Source: Daphnia carinata
Lineage: Eukaryota
Direction of reading: 5' to 3'
Assembly (NCBI RefSeq): GCF_022539665.2
Contig: NC_081332.1
Span: forward strand, 5,270,001 to 5,334,000
Length of the DNA: 64,000 nucleotides
Made by a program: the position numbers and the translations under genes. Of the stretch, positions 1-14,800 are shown piece after piece; position 1 is the first letter of the stretch, and the number at the start of each line of letters is the position of its first letter. The notes beneath the pieces are model-generated. The model was not told where the DNA came from. It saw only the letters and a program-made list of their open reading frames with translations, and made no database searches.

Positions 1-407
1 GTGAATGTGAGCCACGCCAATGAATCGAGGGAGAGCTGCAACGCTGTCGTGCTGGCACGGTAAAGTCAGGGAGGATTGTTTAAAGAAAATATAAAAATGG
101 AAACCTTAAATCGAACTAGGACGGGGCGGAAATATATACCTAGTTTAGCCTGTCCTACTGAGAAACAAACGCACGCCACCTTTTAAAAGAGTCCCCCTTT
201 GTTTTTTTTTGTTTTTTTCCCTGTCGTGTTTTGTTCTGATTTCGATATAATTACAAGAACAGATAATTATACGAACCGGAACCCTTTTTTCGATTCGACG
301 AATAGAAAATTCGGGTAGCAACACCCATAATGCGTTTTTTTTTTTTTTTTACATCCTAACTGGTTTTCAGATATTTTTTGAAGAAATAGTTTTTAGTTGT
401 CTTTTAC

Positions 408-3400
408 CTGTGCAGGTGAAGCCGTCGCCTTCGTAGCCGGGGTAGCAGGTACAGGTGAAACTGCCCAGAGTGTTGGTACACTGGGCGAACACGTCACAAG
501 GTCGATACTTGCACTCGTTCTCGTCTAAAAAAAGATAAAACAAGTGAGTCATCAACATTTCAAACGAAATGGGGGAAAAACCGTGATGATCATTTGCTAA
601 TATTATCATTTTCAAGTGTATATTTAGACTTTTATTTACCTGGCGTCGAGCAGCCGCAGCCTCCGTAGCCGTCATTGCAATGGCATTCGTGATCGAGACA
701 GGCGCCATTTTGGCAACGAGCACCTTCCGTCAAGACACAATCTCCTACACACACACAAAAGAAAAAGAAATTGTTGTCATTACTGATCTTCGAATGAATG
801 ATACCATGAGAGTTGCATTGATAACAAGGCAGCCCTCAAAACCTAAATAAAACAAGGCATTGAATTATGGATGAATGCCTTTTTCCTTTGTTTGCAGCTT
901 CTTCTACGAACCCTATTGCTATCACGCACACGTGGGAGGATAGCCAAACACAATTATTATTCTAGTGACGAGACAGCTTCCGTGTGTTAGAATGACACCT
1001 GCTGCAGGGCACTAAACAATAAAAGCGTGAGCTGCCTCAACAATTAGCGAAAGTTTTGAAGTTTTCACGTGAACAAACTTGAATTTAATAGCGAAATTTA
1101 ATTGGGATGTGATCTTACTTCTGCACTTTACGGCGCCAAAACCTGCACTGAACTAAACTATCATAGGGATAGGCTTCTGAACATTACGGCGCCAAAACCT
1201 CACTGAACTAAATTATCATGGGAATAGGCCTCAGCTGACGGATTAGCACATTTTAGAATAATTAATGACGTTGCCAAATTTATTAATTACAGTAATTAAA
1301 TTTTTAGTTTTAATGAACAATATAATTTCTAAATTGTTGTTGCCACTAACCTACTCGTAAAATACCAAAAAAAAACAGGACGAAATTAATTAAAAAGAAA
1401 ACTAGGAGAAAATTAGCTAAATAATACAATCATCTCCACCACCAATTAAGCTCTTTCACGAAAAAAAAAAGTCGATGGAGCTCTTGATTACTATTACCTA
1501 ATAATTTCGTAAAAGATATATATATTTTTTTTTTCCCTAGTAGATAACGGCCGTAAAGAAAAGAGAAAATCCCGTCGAAAAAAAAAATGAGATATTCTTG
1601 ACACACTTTTCCCTCCAACGAAAAACTACAAAGGAAAATGGGTGGATGGGCAGACGACGAGAAGAAAACATCTAAGGGCGAGTCGTCAATAAATATACAA
1701 GGTATCTCAATCCCACCTCATGGAACCGTTACGACTCGTCAAGCAGAAACAATGAAGAAAAATACATAAATCATTCGATTAAAAGTGACTTTTACCTGTG
1801 CATTTGAGTTTGCCACGGTTCTCGTCCGAGCCGAGGAAACAGTCGGATATGCCGTCGCACAACTTTGAAATGTCGTAAAGCTGAAGGACGTCGGTTGACT
1901 CGTTCACCTGGCACCCGAAATAACCGTCGTCGAGGTGAAGGAAAAAGACTTCGGAACGTGGTCGCAAAACCGGTGCTCCCAAAGTTGCTCGTCCTCGACT
2001 CGCCGTAATGGGTTTCGTCAAATTCGAAGGTTTCGTCTGCTGTCGTACATTAGCTGCTGCTGGCAATTTCGCAGATGCGGCAACTACGGGCAATGGCGTC
2101 CGTACGGGAAGCAGAGGAGAGACAGGGCCGGTTAAAGGCACAGCTCTACCGCCACCTGGACCAGGTCCACTGCTTGGGCTCTTTCTACCATAATCGGCAG
2201 AAATCTGTTACGAAAACAACAAAATGCAAATGGCATAAGATTAAGAAGAGCTTTTTATTGATTCCCCAACTCGACAAGTATTTCTATTTTATCACTCATA
2301 TCTTTTAAAGGTGTGCATGCCCTTAGAAAGAACTTTCCAGGTCTTGAGAAAAGACTTTTTCTTGCTCTGCAGCACTAGGTTTAGTGATTTGTTGCTTAAC
2401 CTGTGCCATACGTGGATTCAATGGAATTTCTATACACACTCACAAAACTCCCTTCTCCTTTTTAGATGTGGAAAGTGATTTCAGCGGGGGACGACGAATG
2501 CAACCCCCTCAAAAACCCAGAAAATAGAAAACATTTTTGAGAGGGTTTGATGGCGTCAACCATTTTGGCACACGCGCACGTTGCGTGTGTCAGTGAAAGA
2601 CCTGGAAACGGATGAACAAGTGACGGATTTTCGGTAAATTATCTGATAAAAACGAAAAGGCCAAAAGAACTAAAAACCACAGAATAAAAAAGCTCCCGGT
2701 TTATTTGCTTTGTGTTTAGTTGTCCATCGAGTTTGGTGGCCGTGACGGATCGGCGAGCCCTTTTTAGCAATGGAAGAAACAGCAAGAAAGAAAAGAAAAA
2801 CTTCCCAAAAAAACAAAAAAAAAACAACAGCAGTTGAGTGGTAACCCAAAACAACTCGATTATTCGTGTCCTTTTATTTTCTTTTTCTCGTATTTTTCTT
2901 TTTCTTCACAAAACTAGAACCATTTGCTTCAATGCCGACCCGCCATTTTTGTTTCGCCTTCTACGAGACTCACAAGAAGGTCCCCCACATTTTTGGCGTG
3001 AGAAAAAACCAGCAGAGAGAGTGGAAACTATGGAAAAATAAGATGATGGGTGATGCACATACGAATGTACACAAGAGCTAAGTATGCTTAGTGGCAGACG
3101 AGTCACGCTCGGCAGAACATTGTTCCAAGGTCTTTGTGAAGAATAAAAAAGAAACCCTCGCCTGGAAAATGAAGGAGAAAATGTGACCGACTTGAAATCA
3201 CTGCGGTGATTCTCTCTTCGTTTCGTGTGTGTGCAATCGCACAACGAAATGCCATAAGTTGATACATTCGCGTTTTGCACGCCCGCGTCATCCCGCGGCA
3301 AATGAGGGGCGGGGTCGCGACTTCTCAGCAGGAGAAAGTCTCGCTCCTACTTTTCCCTCTTTGCCCCCTGGTTACGAGTCTACGATGACGTCCTTGCTTA

Positions 3401-4630
3401 ACGAGTATCAAAGAAAAATCCGTGACTACCTTATCGGCCGCCAGGGTGCCGGCAGGGCGTAACCCCTTCAATTCGCTTTCTCTCCCCGTGTGTGTGTGTC
3501 TTTCACGCGTAAGTAACTAATCAACATAGTGCCCAAGTATAGAAGTTCTGTACAGAATAACAAGTTTTTCACGCAAACTTTACACACAAAAAAAGTGAGA
3601 GTTTGTTGAGGTGGTCATAATAACATCTAACCAAAAAAAAAAACCTTCTGTTTGTATTGACTATAGGTGGGAGTTTGTGTTGGACCAAGTCACGAGCTTT
3701 TTCGTGCTAATTTCGGACTCGGGAGTGCTGATCAGGTGATACGCCTCGATTTTTTTTTTCCCACCTTTTTGTTGTTCATCCGGTGTTGACCGACAGCTGT
3801 CAACTTTCAAGTATAAAAAGCGACAAGTCTTTGTTAAAAATAACTTGGCATTTTTTTTTTTTTTATTTTCTTGCTTAATAAAAGAAAATTCTTTTACTAG
3901 ACGCGCACCGATGGACTTGCACGCAATATCATGGTTATTTTCTTCCGGTCAGCTGTTTGGGAACCGGGGACTCCTTCTGACAAGGTAAAGCCAATTTTTT
4001 TTTTTCTAACCGGAATGACACGTCCAACACACGCAAACAAACAGCAAGGACGTGGCTCTTTTTCGCATTAAACGTGTCACGTTTTTCTAAAGGAAATTGA
4101 GTTAGCATCGAAGTTACGATTGCTATTTGTTTGTTGCGAAATTGTTACCAGGGGGACGCTTGCAGCTGAATGTTTTGGCAAGCGTTATTTAAATTGATGC
4201 GTCATCCAATCTCCATGTTTGTTTCGAACAAACCAACTGCAAACGGTTTGCTGGGAATAATCATACATCTTGCATCATTATCTATTCGCCTTGACATTTT
4301 CCCCAGTTGAGCAAATGGGAAACAAAAGACAAATGACATCGTCTACGATAGGCTCGTCGGTCGTATCTTGATCGTTCAATCTTTCAAGGTCTACGCCCAG
4401 ACGCGAGCAATAGCCGTTCGTTATTGTCTGTTTTTCTCGAATATCATTACGTAGTCGTTTGTTACAGTTTCAAGTATTTTTCTTTTTTTTTTGGTTTCCC
4501 CGAAACACTCACGTTCTTCCCTCCCCCACCGCAATTTCGTTCATTTCTGCACTAGGAAAATGGTTCACACGAGCAAAAACAAAATGCTTACCTGTGTAAT
4601 GAGGAGCAGCGTGAAAATGTATCGCAGCAT
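408..4630 (-). CDS. dpy: Dumpy-like giant EGF-repeat extracellular matrix protein, 5' part; coding exons 4630-4592, 2204-1796, 744-640, 524-408; gene continues off the left edge
   Basis: The exons splice in phase at GT-AG sites to MLRYIFTLLLITQISADY...RSEVFFLHLDDGYFGCQVNESTDVLQLYDISKLCDGISDCFLGSDE...CQNGACLDHECHCNDGYGGCGC...DENECKYRPCDVFAQCTNTLGSFTCTCYPGY. This is a signal peptide, an LDLa-like module and EGF domains, closely resembling the Drosophila Dumpy N-terminus as I recall it. Confidence 0.9.
1119..1229. repeat. Two-copy ~56 bp tandem duplication in a dumpy intron
   Basis: ttctgcactttacggcgccaaaacctgcactgaactaaactatcatagggataggc is followed directly by ttctgaacattacggcgccaaaacctcactgaactaaattatcatgggaataggc. 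Confidence 0.85.
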
Positions 4631-7600
4631 GGCTTTATTGTAACCTAGAAAACAAAACAAAAAATAGATTTTTAAAACGGGGTCAAATTAAATGAGCACT
4701 ACGGTTAACACATTTCGCTTATTATACAAGACAGTGAAGGGAGGGGGCCTTGTATTTAACAACACAAAAACCCAATCATTTGTTTTCACGTGCAGACGCT
4801 CCGGCATGAAAGAACATTTTCAATTTATTCTCTCTGCATGGTGGCATTGGAACTAGGAATGCGGATAGATCATCACAAAAGAGGGGGATCGTATAGTATA
4901 TAATAACCGATAGATTCATCGCTGTGTAGAGGCAAAGGATAGTCCAGGTGATGGAGGAAAAACAAATTTATTTTTTTGTCTCTAAAACTCCTTGGAAAAA
5001 AGTTAACCCCACCGCTAATTAACCGTAACCTCCTCTACCTCGCCCCACCCTCTTATCTTCGTCTACACGTGGCCAAAAAAAGATCCTTTCCCCTTCTGTC
5101 GGTATTTCTTTTTTATTTATTTTTTAAAGATAGCATACAAAATATTAAATATACATCTTTTTCTCAAGGTCTTGGAGCCCCAGGATTGTTTGAAGAGATC
5201 CACCGCTATTATGCATGTACAAATACATCTACCCGACTCCACCTTTCCGAATAGACGTCAAAAAGGTAAGGTTTCTCCCTCAATTGTCAAAATTCAAAGA
5301 TGGATCGGGTACCAAAAAAAAAAAAAGGGTACTGGAAAACCATCTCTTTCCTGTAGGACGTCGTAATTAAAAGCAAATATTTTCTTATTTAATTATTTTA
5401 GCCAACATGTTGAAATAGTTTGAGCAGACCACCTAGAGGGGCTACGCATATTGGACGTTATCGATCTTTTCAATAAGTAGGTAGATAGACAACACAAAAT
5501 TTTATGTTGCCGACCTCCAAGCCTTCCCCTTCTCTCCTTAACCTATTTTTCCGCTAGGAGTTAGTGACCGCTGGATGACTAAGTATCATTAGTTTTCGTT
5601 ACTTTCTCTCCCTTCATAACGGCACGAAAAAGAAACAGTGGTGCCAACATACTCACTAGTTCAATTGACTGGACAACACCCACATCACGTTAAGTTTACT
5701 TTGAAAAAAACATAAAAAAAATTGAGTTTAATTCTTTTTCTTTTTTACAGATATCTTTAAAGCTATGACATCCCGCCTGACTTGTCTTTATGGCATTTCA
5801 CTTTTGCGTTTATCGGCCACTCGACGCGTGGCCGATATAGTCAACCAACGGTTTGAAAGTGAACGCCAGTAGGGCACACCGTTTCACGCTAAAAAAGAAA
5901 CGTTCCTTTTTTCTTTATAATTTTGATAGGAATATCAGCAAAGGAGTGAAAGACACTAAAAAGACGAGGGGAAGATAAAAAAAAAAAAAAAAAAAGGACA
6001 GCAAAGAGATGGAGGCTCCTATAATCCCGTAAAATCTGAAGTTCTAGAAAGTGAAAGCCATTAGCATGTGCTGTCTATGTTTGGCCAAGCTTTGCACTCC
6101 ATTCTACTTGCTCGACTAGAATTGCAACAGCGTTTCGGCAACACGAAGGTCGTCCGCCATTTTTAACCGCAAAAACTCAATTTCAAAATATTTGAACGCT
6201 CCAAATATTTGCGAAACTGATTGTCATCCGGAAGATCCCATTATTTCGTCACTTACGATGGCTGTCGCATATCGGCCTTACCAAAAGGATCGTTTCCCCC
6301 ACCTTTGCCTACCACATCGTTTGAATTGATTCGTTTTTTTTTTTCCAAAGGCACAAGAAACAACGTCAACTATGTGACGATAAGCAACCCCTTTCTCTCA
6401 ACGTATCGGTGTCTTTGCTCACCTGTAATCACCCGATTAGATCCAATGCCGACTTTCCTTTTGGACGTGCAGGAAGGGCGACAGCGGGGAATCAAAGAAT
6501 ATGTAAACAGTAGACCCAAACTACATACCCTCAAGTCTTTGGGAAGGGAGAGCTTTTTAGACGTTTGCTTTTTCTGGGTGTGTTTATCACAGGTAAAAAA
6601 AAAAAGAAAATGGGATAAGAACAGCAGAAGGCTAACAGTTGATGGTAGCGGGGGTCATCCCACGAGGGAGGGGGGATGGAACAGGAAACGAAAAAAGGTG
6701 CTCCGGAGAGTCTCACTAGTCTCCCTTCTTTTATCTTTTAGAGCGAAAAGAGACACGACAAGATGACGAAGGGGAGGGATGAAAGCCGGAAATGTTCATG
6801 TAACCTCTCTATTTTTATTTTTCCTTCTATCTCATACATGTCTCTCCCCTCGTTTTCTTTTATTCTAATGTCATCATCTTGCCTCCCCCCCCCCCCACAT
6901 TCGTACGTGTTTACATTTCTAGGCTTTTCTTTTATTGAGATAATGAAACAAATGTGCAGCCTTGACGATTTCTCTCTCCACGCAAGAGAACAGAGGACGA
7001 AACGCAATAAATATCGACATCCGTATCGATATGCCAAGTCGAGCAGAAACGGCAACAATTTTCCGGAATGTAAAGAAATAATCATTAAATTCAATGAAAT
7101 GGGATTTGCGGTTTTTCAAAGTGAAATGGACACATCTGCCGGTGCTTGAAGAGCCAACAGTTGGGGCCACCCTTAAATGGCTTTAAAACGCTGTAATGAA
7201 ATCGTCAAACGATGAAGGCTATCCATCGACAATCAGCTGGAAAATTAGAGGGAAACCTGTTCCATTTTCTTTTGCAAAAAAACTCGGAGATAGTAATCCG
7301 TAACTAAATAGTTCCTTCCACAGAAAGCGAACCTTGGTATCTTTAAACCATCATCTTAAACAATTCTCGCCACTGCAAATAAGAAACACGCAACGTAGCC
7401 TCGAGATCTTTCTCAAAATGTTGGCACTGACGAACTCGGACAAAACGCGTGGGTTTCATTTCTTTTTCTTTTTTTTTTAAGATCATTAAAAGAATGACGT
7501 CAAAAGGGCAGAGCTTTTATAAAATGTCGAACAATGAATTAAATAGAAGATGAATCGACAAAGATGGTAGCCAGATATAAGTAATGATAACACGTAAAGA

Positions 7601-8199
7601 GAAAGGTGGGTGACATCAACGCCATAACGAACGGCCAACCTCGCCGACATCAAGGACGTACTTCAAAAAAGATGGAACACACGGTCATTTTCTACCACTA
7701 CGTTTTGCGGTACATTTTTCACGAATTTTTGTTTTCTGGGCTAATCGGATGGACCAACGGTCGATTCGTATCGACATGTCCGCTACTTTGACTGCGGCCA
7801 GGAGATGTGCACGCGTCAGTGGGATGACTGTTGGAACAAGTTGGCGAAAGACGAAAAAACAAGAAAAAGGGAAGCAGACAGAAAAATGCCTGCCCTTATT
7901 TCTTGGGCAAAACGTGCGCGTTAAGTAGGTCGGACGTTTGCGTCCGTATATGTAAAAACAAGGAAAAGAAAAAAAAAAAAAAAAAAACAAACTAGAAAGA
8001 CGCGCACAAAACTATGCGTTTGTCACTGTCGGTAGCTCGTCTGCGATGAATCAAATGACGAAATGTTTAGCATTTTTTTTCCCTACCATCTAACCCAGAT
8101 TCGAATGACAATCGACGTTATATACTACGGCTTTTTCTTCGTGAATGGTTCCCAATAAAACAAGAGATAAAGAACAGGTGCAAATCAAACGGTTCGCTT

Positions 8200-8657
8200 A
8201 CCTTGATTCATGTTTTCCTTTTTCTTGAATAGGCGAATGACTTCCACACACAAAAAAAAAATCCTTTTTTGCTTGTTTCTCTTTTCAAATGACTGGTAGA
8301 AATTGCACTTTATTTGCTGACTGCTTGAATTAAAAAATTGAATTTCAAGAAAATCCGAAAGAAAATTGGGGCCGGGATGAAAGGGCTCCTCACTCCGCGC
8401 TACTCCGGGGAGTGAGAGATTGGGCGGATGAGAGCGTCACCCGCTCTTTTCCTTTTTTTTTTTAAACTCTTTTTTTTTCCTCCAAAGACGTTGAAGATGT
8501 GTGCGTCACAATGTTAAAAAAAAAAAAAAAGATAAATTCCAAAATAATAAAACAAGTAGCGTCCGTGAATTTCTTCTGCGGTAGAAGAAATTTCAAAAAA
8601 TAAATGGGAGTGCGTGTAATACGCGTCTTGCCGACACGGTTTCACTTCGGCTACTAA
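8200..8657 (-). promoter_or_regulatory. Putative dumpy Inr+DPE core promoter and non-coding first exon
   Basis: Minus-strand TTAGT initiator (A at 8655) with AGACG exactly at +28..+32 (8628-8624). An AAG|GTAAG donor lies at ~8201 and an acceptor (ttttctag) at ~4645, just upstream of the ATG. Confidence 0.6.
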
Positions 8658-8808
8658 ATGCTTGGGCTAGCAAAGACTCGAGGCGTTACCTCACTTCGCT
8701 GGGGAAAATGAAAGAAGAAAAAATAAAATAAAATAAAAGAAGAACGAACGAGCGCCACGGCGCGGAGGAGAGTGGGAGACAGGTGTGTGAGTCAGGCTTG
8801 GCTTGCGT

Positions 8809-8839
<31 letters not shown>

Positions 8840-11800
8840 TTTATTATTCTTTTTCTTTCTTCTTCTTTCTGTTTCTCCTTTTTTTTTTTTCTTTCCTCTT
8901 CCTTCTTTTTTTTCGGGTTCCTCGACGAGTCACGTGACGCAATAGTGTGTCCTTATTGGTCGGTACGCAACAACTCCAATCTTCTTCTTCTTTTATTTCT
9001 TTGAAAATTAAGAACCAAAAAGGGAAAGAAGAAAATACTTTCCGATGCAAATCTCCCCCCCCCCCCACTTCTTCCCAATCCTTGTTATTTCCGGAGCTAA
9101 AAAAGAAATGGAACGTAAAATAAAATACATAAGAAATAATTCTTTAAAGCAATAGATTTTTCTTTTTTCAAAAATAAAAAGACTAAAATGTTATCATTTT
9201 TTTTTTAATGAAAAGCTTTCCATGTTTATAATAGCACCGCATGTGTGGAGTCCGCCCTGACCTTTTTCGTTTTCGCTTGGGCGTTCACTTGATGTGTGCA
9301 CAATTCGGGAAAACCAGAAACAGCACAGAAGCAATACGTAACGTGAAAAAGAGTGGGAAAAAAGAAAAAAAAAGAATTCACTTTCAAAAATCTCCTGCAA
9401 GTATAAAAAAGTGGTGAGCTTCGATTCAATACAATTTGAATACAGCGGCTGCCAACTGAATAGCACATGTCCTTAAAAGTACCGCGGGAGAATGTAGGTT
9501 ACATGTGCTCCGGTAGACGGCGGAGATGAACGTTCGATATTGAGTTCGTGTGCCACATTATATATAAACGCAGTTCCTGGATTCACTGGAACAAAAAAAA
9601 AAAAAACGCAAAATTCTTTTTTTTTTTTATGTCGAGGTAAATTTTCTTTCACGAAAAATCGTCATGATTTAGCGATTTGTAAACTTTGATTGTTACCAAC
9701 TTTTTGTTGGCAGTCACACACATTCGGCCAAGATTGCAATGCAAGACCAAAATTGGATGTAACCTTCTAAAACATTATTAGACACTCTGATTTTTTTTCA
9801 CACTGGATTTTTCGTGTTGATTGTGTTAAAATCCAAGGGCAAATCGTTAAAGCGATGAGAATCATAATTCACCATCTACAGGCTTCATCTTCTTATGTGT
9901 ATCTACATCAACACACGAAACCTACATAAAAGAGAATTTTTTTTTTTTCCAAGGTTATACAAAAAGAAGAATCTCATTCAAATTCTTACAACGTCAGGGG
10001 GGTGGTAACGAAAGTGGAAACAGAGAAAAATATATAAAAAGAAAAAACGAAAGTGATGGGGGGTTTCTTCCCCCTCGGCCCAGGAGACGACACGAAAATG
10101 GAAATCCACTTTATTTTTCATGGAAATCAAAAGAAAGTTTAATGCTTCTACATAAAAAAAAAAAAAAATAGAAGCACACAGCTGTGTTTAGGGGGTGGTT
10201 TATCTTTTTCCCCTTTTTTCTATACACCAACATCTTTTAAATACACCAAAATCGAATAGCGATTGTTAGAAATATCATCGTAAAAAACCATAGATTCCCA
10301 ACCCCTACTTATACTAAATCGAAATGTTTAAATAAATTACATGCTTTTTATATTTACGTAAGTTACCACACCGCCTTTCAACACCTCCCCCTTTGCGTTT
10401 TTATTTTCATTTCTATACCCACGTACATCCACTAAAATGTAAAGGACCTATTGGATTGCACAGGTAAATGCCCCGAGTGTTTTTGACTGGCCGCCTCCGC
10501 CACGTTTGCATGTGTCAATGCCGGTGACGTTCGTTTCCCAGCATCTAAATGGTGAGCTCACCGTGAAGAGCAGGATCTTTCATCACTAGTTTAAAGAAAA
10601 ATACAAGAAGAAGAAGATGGTAAGAAAGAACGGCCCACACAGTACAAGAGTTCATTTGCAAATGGCCTTCGGTGCACAATTGAGATGATGAGCATAGTCG
10701 AAGGGCGTCTCCAGTGAACGTGCAAAGGGCCGTGACACGGGACACCTTCGTTTTTTTTTCTCTTTCAAATGAAAGAGAAAACGTGAGGCCTAAAATAACA
10801 AAATTGTGTTTCATTTTTATTGACGATCCCAAATGGCTGTCCTCTGTCCCCTCTCTTGTCCGTGCATGAAATTGTGAGCCTTACGAGTTTTAGTGTTTAA
10901 CAAGGTACATCAAAAATACGAAAGAAAAGCTACTGAACTCTTGATAAAAAAAAAAAAAAGAAGGGGGAAATTCGATTCACTTGAGTAATCGAGCGCAGTG
11001 CAAGTTAATAATATTAAACGGGACAAAACGTGCACAACAGAATGACGCAATAGGCTTTACATTCGAGTACGTTCATCGTTACCTGGAAAAAAAGAAGGAG
11101 AGCGATTAAAGACGGGAAGAATATGATGCGCGTCAAAAACTAAACGAGGTGTCGTTTTATACGTTTAGAAAATCTAAAAACAAAAAAAAAAAAAACTGTT
11201 AACCGCTAACGAAGCCAACGGAACTTTTATGGTATTGAACAAGAAAATGATATTGGTGCATACGTGGATGTTGAAAAAAGAAAACGGTATGACTCTGCCT
11301 GGTGCAAGAAGGTGAGGTCATCCGTCAGGAATGGCCCGGCAGCGGCCTCGGTTGCAAATAGAGCCCAACCCTTTTGGAATAAAAAAGAAAACGAATTATT
11401 ATTGTTTCTTTTTTTTTTTTTTTTGAAAAGGCAAACATTCAATACTTTCACTAGTTGACTGCAAAAAAAAAAAATTTCATTTTCGCAGAATTTTTATTCA
11501 TTTATAGTTAGAAGCTTCTAGAATTTAAGCGTACTTCCCTTACCGCAGTGAAGCCCTTTCTTTCGTCGTGATCTTATGTAACATTCGTCCCTTCTTTTTT
11601 TTTTAATAAAAGAAAATCACGTCAGCAATTTTTTGGTGTGGTGGAAATCTAATTCATCAGATTGTAAATCTAACCGATAACCGCCTTTAGAGACAAGGAT
11701 GAAGGGGGGGGGAGACAACACCAAAATAAAAAAATCTCGTGATTAGTGCCGGTCATTTTTGTTGTTGTACAGTTCCTCTAATAAATTAAAGAACTCATTG

Positions 11801-14800
11801 TACCTTACCAAGAAAAATAAAAAGAAAAGTTTCCGGACGGTTCCTTTTTTTTTTTTTTCTAGTCATCAGTCACGCACGACTCGCATAACTTTCGTCGGCG
11901 GACCAATCCATCCGTAAATACGTTTCCCCCTTCAGAAAAAAAAAAAAAAAAAATCAGAGTAGATTTTTTTTTGTTTTGTTTTGCGTGCCAAGGTAAAATG
12001 CACGTCCGAGATGATTTGATTGAATTCGTTGCTGCATCGTCAAGCTTGCAGGGACATCGGCCGTCGCATCGACATGTGTTGTTATGGTCGTGGAGAGTCG
12101 CCCACCGTGAAATAGAGATTGCGATGGACTGCGCATGACCAACTGATTGCATTAAATCACCAAGGACGACAACGAAACGTACTTGCGTGAGTGTCTTTTG
12201 TGCGTTGAAGTCTCTTTCGTTGAGGTTAACGATCCCTTCGTTTCCAGTCAATCTGCCGAAAATGATGAAACAAAACAAAATTCCTTGTGCATTAGATCTA
12301 TCGTTCTACCGTATAAGCGAACGTACACAAAATGATGCGTCGTTTTGTACAGACGATGGGAACGATCTCACGGATAGGAAAGCACGTACAAACACGTCTG
12401 TTTTCAACGTCAGTACCTGTATAGAAAAAAAAAAAAAAATAAAAGCGAAAGTTTAAACATCTAAATTAATTGAATGAATAACGTGGGAGTACATCAAATG
12501 GACGGATTTATATTTTTTTGAAAAAGAAAAGAAAACATTTCTTTTCTTCTACCGCCGGTGTAATTTCTAGTAATTTGCCGACAAACAATCCGAAGGCCAT
12601 TTACCTCCGATTGTTTTTTTTTTCTTTTTCTGCTGAGTCTGTATGGGGTTAAAAAAAAAATGACTGTGGAATAGACACAGGCGATTTTGTTAGATAATTA
12701 AAGGTAGTTTGATGCACGAAGAAAACAAAAAGCAAAAAGGTTCAGTGACATTTTGCACGGCGCCACATTAGAGATCATATATGAACTGGACATTAGGCGA
12801 GACATGTATATAGCCTTGTATATACATGTTTATAATACGACTACTGAACGTACAAAAAAAAGAAAGGGAAATTTTATCTATGGGGGGGGTTGAGGGTATC
12901 ATCATCATCATATAACAATGAAAAGTATCCCGGAGACAATTAGGTGCATTGCGGGCGGTTTATGATGGGCTCGTCACGTTGTGACTTAAGAAGACTGTCG
13001 GAAGAAGTTTTTTGTCGAATAACATTAAGTCCGTGAGATGCACACAGGACAACAATAGCCACTTACAAGTAACATATGCATACCCCTTCATTAAATTTGT
13101 CTATTTTTAGGCCACGTTTTTTTTTTTTTTAAATAAAAAAGAAGAATGCCAATTCTTTTAAGTCAACAATTGGGTTCTTTTTTTTTCTTTGCGATTTTAA
13201 TTCGCTTTTGTTCGATAATAGAACTCTATAAAAGACAATGTACATTTTTCTCTGCGTGTGCACGAAGAAAAAAAAAGATCATATAACGTTGCGCAAGTTC
13301 GTTCATCCCGCGCAACGCGTGAAGTGGAAAAACGCGTTGTTTTAAATCGCTTGTGTTGATCGTATGAACCGCCAACAACGGGGAAATGACGGATTGCATC
13401 GAAAACAACAAAAAAAAATATCAAACAATTTTTTTTTCACCTGTTTTTTTTTTTAGCGAGAAGAAAACAATTTCTCTTACAGCTTTCGGCTCCACGTGCA
13501 ACACGTTTCCCTTTTCCTGGACACATTCGGACGTGCTGTTTGGTTTTTTCGCGGGGGGGACACTGAATAAAAAATTTTCTTTTAGTTTATCGCAGCAATC
13601 GTCGCTCTTTTTTTTCTGGAAAAAAACTAAAAGGAACAAACAATAAAAAAAAAAAAATACAAAACATATCCTGTTGAACTTGGGCAAGAAGCGCTGGCAA
13701 AACCTGAAGGTTAATGGAACTTACCTCTCGGTTATCATCTCAAGATGGCCGTAAGGCATGTGTTTTGTTTTACGTATATATTTCTTTCCTTCCACAATTT
13801 TTTTTTTGGAAGAAAAAAAAAAGAGTTGATTTCAATCTTATTTCGTTGTTTTTTTTTTGTTCCCGCAAAGAGACTCTCACTCTCATTTTCAAACTTCTCA
13901 TTGAGGGGGGGACGCTCAAGGTGTTTTAAAAAAAAACCATAAAAAAAGAAGAACAGTGTCTTCCATCGTCGCCAGTTCTCTATGATTATGGAACTTGAGG
14001 AGCTGTTGCCTTAAGAACTGGAAAGGGAAATGAACGCCAGACACCCCCAAAGAGGCCAACACATAAATCGGGATAGTCTAGAAGAAAGAGGGGGGGGGCC
14101 AAAGTTCTTCTTGGTCGTATATTATCATCATTACATATTATACCTGGTCGTAATGCAACGAAAGGGAAAACGCGTGTGATCCTCATCCGCAGCAACCGGT
14201 TGCGCCGGAACCTTGACCTTTACATTTGAAAGGGCTATAGGTACCAATGCACTTCTTATTCATCCCTCCACCGTACGCGTCTTCTCCTTTTCTTTTAAGG
14301 TTATTTCTCTTTCTGTGCTTTCCAGAAAGAATCTGGCTGCATTTGTGTAGGATGTGCAACCTCGAAAACAACTTGTTGTTTCTCAATTTTTTTGTTTAGT
14401 TTTTCTTACCTTGTCAAGACCGCAAAGGTCAGATGTTGGCATTTGAACCATTGCGACTGTTCTGGGTGTCTCCAGTTGTCAGTAGTTGCAGCCAAACCGC
14501 TGACAATTGTTTAGTCTTTCTATGCTGTCGAGTTTCGAAATTAGGGCTTAGGATTTCCTTGATTTCAAACGTTCTTTTGACGATGGTAATCCAACCTGAA
14601 AGAGAGAAAAAAAAAGATGATGAAGCTTAATCATAGCTCTGAATTTCCTTCTCGTTTCAAAATGACACGATTCATTTTTCGTCTGCAAAATTATGCAAAC
14701 GAGACGTGTTTTTTTCCTCGTTTTTTTTTTATTCACCAACGAATTAGGAGAGCTTGGGGGATTGTATGCTATCCCTAACCTTTTAAGCAAAATGAATTAT

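Noticed and set aside
1105..1240. Box C/D snoRNA in the dumpy intron
   Set aside because: CTGA is present but there is no proper RTGATGA box or terminal stem; a simple tandem duplication explains the region.
5811..5837. 10-bp perfect hairpin TATCGGCCAC/GTGGCCGATA as a Helitron end or miRNA
   Set aside because: Too short for a pre-miRNA, no CTRR terminus, and isolated.
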